Shown: positions 29,784 to 38,900 of the stretch, one piece after another
Numbering within the stretch: the first letter of the stretch is position 1
Layout of the letters: the number at the start of each line of letters is the position of its first letter
Origin: a virus
Strand: one strand, 5' to 3'
Length of the DNA: 64,000 nt
IMG/VR virus record: IMGVR_UViG_3300042350_001802
Location: 32,001-96,000 of that record
The notes under the pieces: model-generated
Databases searched by the model: none
What the model saw: the letters and a program-made list of their open reading frames with translations, nothing else
What the model was told of the DNA's origin: nothing
Made by a program: the position numbers and the translations under genes

Positions 29784-30716
29784 ATGAAATTTGTCTGTGC
29801 ACAACCAGCGATAGACTATTACGCTTGGCAAGTTGAGGTGATGATTCTCAACTTTATCAGAAACGGAGTAAACGCAAATGACATACATATAGTATGTGGC
29901 TATTATGGATCTGTCCCAGAAAGATGGAGAAAATTAGCTAATACATACAACTATGTGTGTTTTTTCTTTTATCCGGATGATCGTCCTAAAAAGGGTTATA
30001 TACCAAGCATTCGTCCTTACATTTTACATAAACACTGGATAGCTCGTCCTGAGTTAGAAAAGGAAACAGTGTTCTATCATGATTCTGATATTATTTTAAG
30101 TAAACCTTTTGCTTTCCAACATCTTTCAGAAGGAGATACTTGCTATGTAGCTGATACTATTAGTTACATAGGAGCTAATTATGTACGTAGTAAAGGTGAG
30201 CACTATTTAGATATTATGACATCTATTGTAGGTGTCGATAAGCAACTAGTTATAGATAACGAAAAAGATAGTGGTGGTGCTCAGTATATCATTAAAGATA
30301 TAGATGCACTTTTTTGGGAAACTATGTATCATGATGTTGAAGAGATGTATACCACTGTAAATCAAATGATTGCGGAAGATAAAGCTAAAGATCCATCACA
30401 TCATGAGATTCAAATATGGTGCGCTGACATGTGGTGTTTACTTTGGGGACTTTGGAAGCGCGGTAAAGAGGTGAAAGTTACACAAGAACTATCTTTTTCT
30501 TGGGGGACATCTAATATAGAGCAGTGGGATATGCATAATATCTTTCACAATGCTGGTGTAACTCACGAAAGAGCTAATGAATTATTCTACAAAGGAGCAT
30601 ATATACATACACTTCCTTTTGATGATGTAAGTAAAAAGACTTATAGTGATAAGTTTTGTTCTATTAAGTATGTAGATGAAATCTTAAAAACAAAGGAGGT
30701 GACATGTTTAAAATAA
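29784..30716 (+). CDS. GT-A glycosyltransferase resembling peptidyl-Ser/Hyp O-glycosyltransferases (GT95/GT96-like)
   Basis: YYAWQVEVMILNF, Y.PSIRPY, FYHDSDII (DxD), GGAQY, WCADMW and IFHNAG motifs. Confidence 0.7.
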   Translation: MKFVCAQPAIDYYAWQVEVMILNFIRNGVNANDIHIVCGYYGSVPERWRKLANTYNYVCFFFYPDDRPKKGYIPSIRPYILHKHWIARPELEKETVFYHDSDIILSKPFAFQHLSEGDTCYVADTISYIGANYVRSKGEHYLDIMTSIVGVDKQLVIDNEKDSGGAQYIIKDIDALFWETMYHDVEEMYTTVNQMIAEDKAKDPSHHEIQIWCADMWCLLWGLWKRGKEVKVTQELSFSWGTSNIEQWDMHNIFHNAGVTHERANELFYKGAYIHTLPFDDVSKKTYSDKFCSIKYVDEILKTKEVTCLK

Positions 30717-31177
30717 ATAGTGAAGAACCAAAAGAGCATTGGTCATTTTTAGATATATCTGGAAAGATTGTATTAGATCTAGGATGTGGTAAGTTCTACT
30801 CATCTATATCTACAGCACAGTGGTTTTTAAATGAGGGTGCTGCAAAGGTAATAGGGGTAGATCTTTCTAAAGAAGGTATTGAAGACTCTAAACTTGTAGC
30901 ATATGCTAAAGCTGTTTCTAGTAAAGAAGACCTTGAATACTTTCTGCATTATATGCCAGAGATTATTAAGTGTGATATTGAAGGTGCTGAAATATATTTT
31001 GATGAGATTGAACAGCTTCCTACATCTGTAAAACAGTTTGCTGTAGAATACCACGATAACAATCTTAAGACAATCTGTGAGAAAGCTATTCAAAGATGGG
31101 GTTTTACTAATGTTGAACTATATCAGTTGTTTAACGAAAATACAGACCGAGTGGGGGTCTTACACGCATGGAAATAA
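30704..31177 (+). CDS. SAM-dependent methyltransferase (FkbM-like)
   Basis: VLDLGCG SAM motif, GAAKVIGVD, IIKCDIEGAE and VEYH. Confidence 0.75.
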   Translation: MFKINSEEPKEHWSFLDISGKIVLDLGCGKFYSSISTAQWFLNEGAAKVIGVDLSKEGIEDSKLVAYAKAVSSKEDLEYFLHYMPEIIKCDIEGAEIYFDEIEQLPTSVKQFAVEYHDNNLKTICEKAIQRWGFTNVELYQLFNENTDRVGVLHAWK

Positions 31178-32007
31178 TTAAAGCAACATACGGTGGTGCA
31201 GATGTTACATCTGTTATAAAAGCTAGAATTAAGAATGGACAGCTAAGGATGAAAGTGTCTAACGATACTTTAGGTGACCCAGCTCCAGGTACTTTTAAGT
31301 TTTTAGAAGTGATTCATTCTGAGGGTATTAAGAAAGTTCCAGAAGGTTCCTACATCACTCTTCCAGAATCACAGATTAACAAACTTGGTATCTGGTATTC
31401 TAATAACAACCATGATAAAACAGTTAGGGAATCCGTAATGAATCTTCAACGATTTGAAAACGTCGCGGATATTCTTACATGCGTATGGAATCCCATACCT
31501 GGAAATCCTTTCTATGAGGTGAGTGCTATGACTAAAAGTAGCAGTCATCTCAATATCGTAATCCAGATCTTACAACTTTTATATGCTGCAAAGTCTAGTG
31601 GTAAGTATAAGTATGTCAGCTTTTTAGAGCATGATGTATTGTATCCAGATGGATACTTTAACTTCCCTGACTTTGAGACTGGCATCATGACTAATATGAA
31701 CTACATTGGTATTTGCGAAGCAGGTTTCCAGAGAAAGACAGCTAACCATGAACCTCTTCATCAGATGACAATGATCTTTACAGAAGCTATAGATCACTTT
31801 GAAAACTTAGTAAAGGAAGCTATAGAAAAAGGTGGTGTGCTTGTAGAACCTAATCCAGGTAGAAAACAGTGGATGTGTGCAAATCCTGCAATCCATGTAA
31901 ATCACGGTAGACACTTTACATCCCACTTTAGTATATACAGTAGGGATACATATGAAGAAGATGCTTTCTGGGGAAAAGCTGATTCTTTGATTAATAAACT
32001 ATTCTAA
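31168..32007 (+). CDS. Lectin-like (SUEL-type) domain fused to a GT-A-like domain
   Basis: N-terminal IIKATYG..DVT...GDPAPG..K.L; C-terminal SFLEHDVLYP..YF and NHG..FT. Confidence 0.6.
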   Translation: MEIIKATYGGADVTSVIKARIKNGQLRMKVSNDTLGDPAPGTFKFLEVIHSEGIKKVPEGSYITLPESQINKLGIWYSNNNHDKTVRESVMNLQRFENVADILTCVWNPIPGNPFYEVSAMTKSSSHLNIVIQILQLLYAAKSSGKYKYVSFLEHDVLYPDGYFNFPDFETGIMTNMNYIGICEAGFQRKTANHEPLHQMTMIFTEAIDHFENLVKEAIEKGGVLVEPNPGRKQWMCANPAIHVNHGRHFTSHFSIYSRDTYEEDAFWGKADSLINKLF

Positions 32008-32040
32008 AATACAAAGTCAGGTTTGTTGGTTTTCCTGACA

Positions 32041-32079
32041 AAACCCCCGTCGTTTCTACGTCTGGGGGTTTATTTTTTT
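32041..32079 (+). terminator. Rho-independent terminator
   Basis: AAACCCCC...GGGGGTTT stem followed by ATTTTTTT. Confidence 0.75.
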
Positions 32080-32131
32080 ATACGGAAAAGTATTTGTAAT
32101 ATTGTTTAACTTAACCCATTAATATACCCAT

Positions 32132-33445
32132 ATGAATCTTATCAATCAAGTGTATGATTCACTTAAGCTAAAGAAGAGTGATGCCTTCTGTGCAGCAAAG
32201 ATAGGAATTTCCCTGGAGAAATACCGTCAACTCAAGCAACAAATTACTAACATAAAATCCTTAGTGCAAGACGATATGGATGGAATGATGAAGGATGTTA
32301 TTAATAAACGAATGCTTGATATTATAGATGACGATACTATTTTAAATAATTATGTTGGAGAACTTGAGGACCAACTGACCGACGCGCTAAACCATAAAAA
32401 GGAGCGCGTCGTTGAGTTTAAGGAGGATCTTGAAGATGGTACAGCTGAGATAAAGGGGATAGCTTTTGCTGAACCTAAGAGTCCTGAAGAAATCATTCGT
32501 ATTCTTAAGATTGACACTGATAAGTGGAAACTCTCATCCTATTGGAATAAGCAGCATAAAGACTACTGGTTAATTTCTGCAATGGTAACACAGGTGAAGC
32601 AGGAACCCCAAGATCTGCTTGTAAAGGTGCTAGAGAACTTTAATCCTTTTACACAGGTACTTCCAGAACCTAAGATTACAGATAAGTTTATAAACCCTTC
32701 TGTAGCAGTGCTTTCTATACAAGATCTACACTTTGGTAAGGAGGGTAATGATGGGGTGGTAAAAGACTTCAAAGATGCTATAACTAACTTAGTATTAAGA
32801 GCTTATCATTCGCATATGCTTGCGAAAATTATCTATGTTATTGGGGGTGACCTTCTTAATATGGATACTTTTAATGGAGGAACTACTAGTGGAACAATTG
32901 TAGATAATGAGCAAAGAGCACAGCAAGCTTACCAGGACGCTTTTAATGCTATGTACTGGTCTATCAACTACTTAGCAGAGTTTACGCACGATTTACACGT
33001 TGTTTATTTACCAGGTAACCATGACCGCTTAAGTTCTTTTCATCTTGCTCACGCTCTATCTAAATGTTTTAACGATGATAGGGTGAAGTTTGATGTAGAG
33101 TATGCTGAAAGAAAGGTGGTTACATACGGAAATAACTTCTTTGCTTTTGAGCATGGAGATGTTACTAAGAAAAACACACCCCTAGTTTATGCTACAGAAT
33201 TTGCAAATGATTGGGGATCAACTATTTATAGAACTTGCTACACTGGACATTTCCATAGCAAGAAAACTATAGAATTTGTTACAGAGAATGAACACCACGG
33301 GTTCTCTATAAAGCACCTACCTAGTCTTTCTAAGACTGATTATTGGCACTATCATAATAAGTTCACAGGTGCTAAGCGTCAAGCAGTTATGGAGCTTCAT
33401 GACAAGGAAAAGGGTAAAATTAGTGAGTTTGTATATACAGCTTAA
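32132..33445 (+). CDS. Calcineurin-like metallophosphoesterase with N-terminal helical/HTH extension
   Basis: DLHFG, GGDLLN, PGNHD, EHGD and TGHFH: all five canonical motifs present. Confidence 0.85.
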   Translation: MNLINQVYDSLKLKKSDAFCAAKIGISLEKYRQLKQQITNIKSLVQDDMDGMMKDVINKRMLDIIDDDTILNNYVGELEDQLTDALNHKKERVVEFKEDLEDGTAEIKGIAFAEPKSPEEIIRILKIDTDKWKLSSYWNKQHKDYWLISAMVTQVKQEPQDLLVKVLENFNPFTQVLPEPKITDKFINPSVAVLSIQDLHFGKEGNDGVVKDFKDAITNLVLRAYHSHMLAKIIYVIGGDLLNMDTFNGGTTSGTIVDNEQRAQQAYQDAFNAMYWSINYLAEFTHDLHVVYLPGNHDRLSSFHLAHALSKCFNDDRVKFDVEYAERKVVTYGNNFFAFEHGDVTKKNTPLVYATEFANDWGSTIYRTCYTGHFHSKKTIEFVTENEHHGFSIKHLPSLSKTDYWHYHNKFTGAKRQAVMELHDKEKGKISEFVYTA

Positions 33446-33500
33446 ACTCTATAAGTTTAGATAGGTTTATTGGTATTTTTTTCGTAAATTATTAATGTAG
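33442..33500 (+). promoter_or_regulatory. Putative phage late promoter/operator (copy 1)
   Basis: TTAAACTCTATAAGTTTAG, 17/19 identical to 49398-49416, followed by an AT-rich ...GTAG element. Confidence 0.45.
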
Positions 33501-33507
33501 ATAGCTC

Positions 33508-34092
33508 TTGAGTAAACTATTTAGAAAACCAGATCTTAATGCTCCTAGATTTAGGGCTAAAAGACTGAAAATATTAAACGCTGAGTTTTACAATGCGTTT
33601 AGAGCGGAAAATCCAAAGTTCTCCTATTTATCAAATGATGATATTAAGGAGATAGTGAATGAGGTGAATGGTAAACTTTGGAATACGGTGATAGATGAAA
33701 GAGATGGTGTAGAACTACCAGAACAGTTAGGATACATCTTTATAGGAAGTTGTCCAGCTAAAGGGATGAATAAAGATTATAAAACTTCTGGAGAACTACA
33801 GCAGGTGATTCAACATCGTAATTGGGAATCAGATAGTTATCTAGCTAAGATCTTTTATACAAACTATGGATCTAAATACAGATTCCATTTTTCTAAACTG
33901 TGGGGATTTAAACCTGTAAGACAGTTTTCTAGGAAGGTGGGTCAGACATATCCTGAACAATATCTCAAGTATGTTTATGTAGATAACAAGAAAAGAATTA
34001 ATGAGATGTTTAAGAGAAAGTCGTATAAGATGAATAGAGAAAAGATTGAACAAGAAATGATGAAGACATACAATGAATTTGATCTAGATTAA
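33508..34092 (+). CDS. IHF/HU-like protein of the crAss tail module
   Basis: DGVELPEQLGYIFI and final GFKPVR arm resemble HU/IHF; synteny before the ring and muzzle genes; TTG start. Confidence 0.55.
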   Translation: MSKLFRKPDLNAPRFRAKRLKILNAEFYNAFRAENPKFSYLSNDDIKEIVNEVNGKLWNTVIDERDGVELPEQLGYIFIGSCPAKGMNKDYKTSGELQQVIQHRNWESDSYLAKIFYTNYGSKYRFHFSKLWGFKPVRQFSRKVGQTYPEQYLKYVYVDNKKRINEMFKRKSYKMNREKIEQEMMKTYNEFDLD

Positions 34093-34101
34093 ACTTATGA
34101 C

Positions 34102-34773
34102 ATGACGACTATAGGAGAAGCAATATCAAGAGTGCGTAACTTAATTAAAGCAGTTAAGCAGGATGCGTTCCTAACAGATCGTTTTCTTTATAGTCTTATT
34201 TCTAAGCACGCGCATTGGTTGATGAAGCGAGAGGATTCTAAGAATAAGCTTATGAGGTTTTCTTCTGTTATGCAAACTATTGATGTATTGGAACTTGAAG
34301 AGGTTGATAAGATAGAAGCGCAATGTGCTGGTATTAAAACAAACTGTACGATTAAAAGATCTTGCAGAGAGGTTCCTACATTTATGCAGGGATATTACGG
34401 ACCATTAATTCGTTCTATTACATCATTAGATGGATCTCAAGTGCTACAACCTACAAATCCATCTACATATACAGCAATGACTGCTAGTAGTTCTTTTAAG
34501 TATAACAAGACTAAATACTACTGGTATTTAAATGACTATCTCTACTTTCCAGATTTAGAATGGGATGCTGTACGTATAGAAGCAATTTTTGAAGATGATA
34601 TTACATCTTATAACTGTGATACTTGCGATGATTGTGTTCTTAGAACTGACCAACAATTTAATGTCCCAGATTATTTACACGCTGAGGTTGAAAGTAATGT
34701 GATGAAAGATCTTAGTATAATGTTACAAATACCATCAGACGTGCAATCAGATAAGCAAAATCCGTTACGATAA
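34102..34773 (+). CDS. Putative tail ring protein
   Basis: YYWYLNDYLYFP...V.IEAIFED motif and synteny. Confidence 0.6.
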   Translation: MTTIGEAISRVRNLIKAVKQDAFLTDRFLYSLISKHAHWLMKREDSKNKLMRFSSVMQTIDVLELEEVDKIEAQCAGIKTNCTIKRSCREVPTFMQGYYGPLIRSITSLDGSQVLQPTNPSTYTAMTASSSFKYNKTKYYWYLNDYLYFPDLEWDAVRIEAIFEDDITSYNCDTCDDCVLRTDQQFNVPDYLHAEVESNVMKDLSIMLQIPSDVQSDKQNPLR

Positions 34774-35612
34774 TGGCACTAACAGAACCTAAATATAAAA
34801 CGTTTGATCAACTTCTTTCGGATGTAACAACTGATTTTTACAGTTTTGATCTGGAAGGAATGATTGATCCTCAGCAACTTATTAAGGTTGCGCAGCGTGT
34901 TAACTACGAACTTGGTCTTCGTATTTATTCACCTAAAGACGCTGTATTAAATATTGAGAAAGGAAAAGCTCGTCTTCCCTTAGACTTTTATGTTTTAAAC
35001 TATGCAAATCTTTGTGGTAAATATACTGTACTAGAACCAGTAATAAGTGGTACACAAATTGAAGAAAGAGTATTAGATCCTTCTTACACTAATGATAACC
35101 CTTGTAGTGTAAAACCATGTGTATCTGCTTGTGGTAATTATGTAAACTTAGTACAAACACTTAAGTCTGAGATTAGAACATACGAAGTTTTCTATCCTTT
35201 AAATATTAAACAGGGTAAACTTGTATCGTTGGATTGTCCAAATTTAAAGGTGGAAAGTGTAAACTCAGCATATTTAAAAGATGGTTTTTTATATTCAGAT
35301 CTTGAACAAGCTGTAGTACATATTAACTATATGGGCAACTTAGAAGATGAGCAAGGGAATCTTTTGGTATATGATAATCCACTCATTAATGAGTTTTATG
35401 AATATGCTCTGAAGCAACGTATTCTTGAGAATCTTTATTTGAATGGAGAAGATGTATCTCAAAGAATATCTCTTATAGAGCAAAGACTCAGAGCAGCTCG
35501 AAATAATGCTCTCACTATTACAAATATGCCTGATTATGAGGAGTTGAAAAATGTGTGGGAGACAAACAGAAAAGCAATGTATGGAAAATACTACGCAATG
35601 TTCAAACGATAA
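34773..35612 (+). CDS. Tail tubular/ring protein
   Basis: A.L.IE.GKA.LP.DF and I.Y.G...DE.G..L motifs; lies upstream of the muzzle gene. Confidence 0.65.
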   Translation: MALTEPKYKTFDQLLSDVTTDFYSFDLEGMIDPQQLIKVAQRVNYELGLRIYSPKDAVLNIEKGKARLPLDFYVLNYANLCGKYTVLEPVISGTQIEERVLDPSYTNDNPCSVKPCVSACGNYVNLVQTLKSEIRTYEVFYPLNIKQGKLVSLDCPNLKVESVNSAYLKDGFLYSDLEQAVVHINYMGNLEDEQGNLLVYDNPLINEFYEYALKQRILENLYLNGEDVSQRISLIEQRLRAARNNALTITNMPDYEELKNVWETNRKAMYGKYYAMFKR

Positions 35613-35973
35613 AAAGAAACTTAGGGTTGTCAAGAGTCTTAAAATACCTGTTTATGGATGCACACTTCAGTTCATTATAACTGATGTGCTAATTGATGAA
35701 GTAAACAAGATTTATAAGAAATATGACATCCCTGAACTTTTTACTGACTATGCGGAAGGATGTTTAATAAGTTCGGATATAGATTTATACATAGTAGTTT
35801 TTGAAGATAGATACTTATCTCACAATACAATAGCACATGAAATCTTTCATGCTGTTACAAAAATAACTGAGGACAGAGGAATTGAGGATGATGAACAACA
35901 AGCATGGTTATGTGGATGGGTTACAGAACACTTGTATAAATTTATAGCAAAGAAGAATCTTACAGTTAAGTAA
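35581..35973 (+). CDS. Small zincin metalloprotease-like protein
   Basis: TIAHEIFHAV (HExxH) plus downstream DEQQAW glutamate; ATG at 35581 preferred. Confidence 0.65.
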   Translation: MENTTQCSNDKKKLRVVKSLKIPVYGCTLQFIITDVLIDEVNKIYKKYDIPELFTDYAEGCLISSDIDLYIVVFEDRYLSHNTIAHEIFHAVTKITEDRGIEDDEQQAWLCGWVTEHLYKFIAKKNLTVK

Positions 35974-38900
35974 TGGCAGAACAACAAAATACAAGTTCAA
36001 TTAAAACAAACATCTTTACCAAAGGAATGGTGAAGGATACAGATCCATCGTTTATTCCTGAAGGTGTTTGGACACATGCTCGTAATGCTGTTAATAATAC
36101 AGTGTTAGGTCAAGTGGGGGATATTGGTAATGAACCTGCAAATAAATACTGTACATCAGCTCCATTTACAGTTATAGGAATAGTTTCTTTAATTGAAGAT
36201 AAATGGGTTGTTTTTTCTACAAATGATGTTGATTCTGAGATTGGCATATTTGATGAATCTGAATGCTCCTATAAAAAGATTGTAAGAGATGCATGCTTAA
36301 ACTTTAAAACATCCCATCTTATAAAGGGGGTATCTCGTGAAAACTTTGACTGTACAAGATCCGTTTACTTTGTAGATTCTTTAAATCCAGATCGCGTTTT
36401 AAATCTTGATCGCGTCCCTTATATAGCAAAACGTAAAAGAAAGATTGGGGATAATTGTTACGTTGATGAGTATAGTGATAAACTAGATTGTGAAGCATTA
36501 CGTATTGCCCCTCTTATTGATAGTCCATGCATCTCATTAAAAAAATCAGATAGCTCAGGAACTCTTCCTAATGGATCATATCAGGTTGCTGTTGCTTATA
36601 GTAGCAATGGAATTAGACTTACAGATTACTTTCTTCCATCTAATATACAATCCTTATTTAATCATTCTAATGTTGCGGGGGCAGTAGAAGTTGGTATTTC
36701 TTTTATGGATAGTTCTTATGATGAGTTTGAACTAGTATTGATTAGTACCATAAGTGCTAACACTGTAGCCCGTAGTATTGGGTTTTATTCTACAAGATCT
36801 AAAACTATTCTTATAGATAGATTGGATGATGTAAGTCCCGCAGTTTCTCTTAGTGAGATTCCTTTGATTACACCATCTTATGAAACTTCAGATAATATAA
36901 CTGAAGTGAATGGGTATTTAGTACGTACTGGAATTTATACACGTCCTAATTTTAACTATCAACCTCAAGCAAACAATATAGTTACCAAATGGGTATCTGT
37001 AAATTTACCAGCTGACTATTATGTTAAAGGTGGTAATCAAACCTCGTACATGCGTGATGAGGTGTATTCTTTCTTTATCCGTTGGGTTTATAATACTGGA
37101 GATAGATCTGCATCCTATCATATTCCAGGTAGAAAAGCTATTGGTTCTGATAATAGAACTATTGGTGGTGCAGATGCATTAGAATCTGCTTCTGGTGTTG
37201 TTACTAGAAAGTGGGAAGCATATGATACTTCTGACATTACATCTACAACACAATATCAACTTCCAAATGGACAGGGAACTGTTATTGCAGAAGGTGTTAT
37301 GTCATACTGGGAATCTTCTGAATCTTATCCTGATGATAAACCGATCATTTGGGGAGATTTATGTGGCGATAAAATCCGTCATCATAAATTTCCTGATAAT
37401 TGCACAACTAATATTAATAGTAGCGATGGCGCTAACATTAATATACTGGGTGTTAAGTTTGAAAATATCAGTCATCCGTTGGATATTAACGGAAATCCTA
37501 TCCAATCTATAGTTGGATATGAAATCTTACGTGGATCTCGTGAAGGTAATAAAACAATTATTGCCAAGGGTATTCTTAATAATATGGGTGAATACGATCT
37601 TGATGAACAGATAACAGAACGTAAAGGACTATATTCTAACTATCCTTTTAATGATCTGCGTGTAGATCCATATTTAAGTAAGAAAGAAGTTAAAGGTGGA
37701 TGTGCAGGTAAGGGATATGAACCTATGGGTACATTTAAAAATGATGTATTTAGTTTTCATTCTCCAGAGACACAGTTCCAAGATCCGTTCTTAAATCCTT
37801 TTGAACTTAAGATACATGGTGAAATATCTGGATCGGTAGATGGTCAGTTTAAACCTGTATATAATCATCCAGAACAAAAAGCACTAAGAGATGCAGCTAT
37901 ATTTACAGCTGCTGTTATAGGTACTGGTATAGGATTAATTGCTGCTACAGGTGAAAAAACTACTTATAATGTTAGTGAAAGAGTTTCTACATCAGGATTA
38001 ACAATGACGCTTTTAGGAGCCTCAACAGGTACACTTGTTGATAATGGTTCTGGTATATTAGGATCAACAACAGATGTTTCTAGAAAACAATCCCCTGTTA
38101 CAGCTAACTTAGCACAATCTATAGCAACTCAAGTAGCTGGTGGATTTATCTTTGTTTCTTTCTTAGGGCAAGGAATGGAAGCTACTATAAAAGTATTAGA
38201 ATCTTTAATACCTTATAATAAGTTTGCATATCAATATAATGCGCATGGGTTTTATACCAACTATACATGTCCAAAACAAAGTAACACTCGTAGAAAAGTG
38301 CTTGATGCTCAGTATATTAATCCTTATTTACAAGAGTTTGGCATTGACTACAGAATTAATAATCTTTTTAGAAGTAGAATTGTAGCTGTTAGACTAGATA
38401 ATGAAATTGAACGTCCATCTGTAGTGGATGATAGTCGTGTTACAATAGGTAATTTACAACTTTGGAAAGATCCTACAAGACCTTTTAAAAGAACTACTTC
38501 TGCATATTATTCTTCTTTGAAGATTAAAATGGCGAGTCAATATGGTCAGATTGATAGTATTATACAAGTTCCTATATCTTCTTGTGTATATGCTACTGAA
38601 CCAAGTAAAGATCTTAAAATAACTTCTCCAGTTTTATTTGGTGGAGATATTTATATTAATCGATACACTGAAAAGAATACATTCTTCTTTTTTAACGATT
38701 GGTTGTTTGGTCAACCAGATGGGTATCAGTATGATTATATGCAGCATATAAACATTCCTTATCCTCGTTATTGGATGGATACCACTCAGTATGACTACAC
38801 TAAATTAATTGCACCTTTTGCAGCTGGTATTGGTTCAGCAGCACTTTCAAGTTTAGCATTAGAAAGAATTTGGAAAAGAAGTTTAGCAAGAACAGAACAA

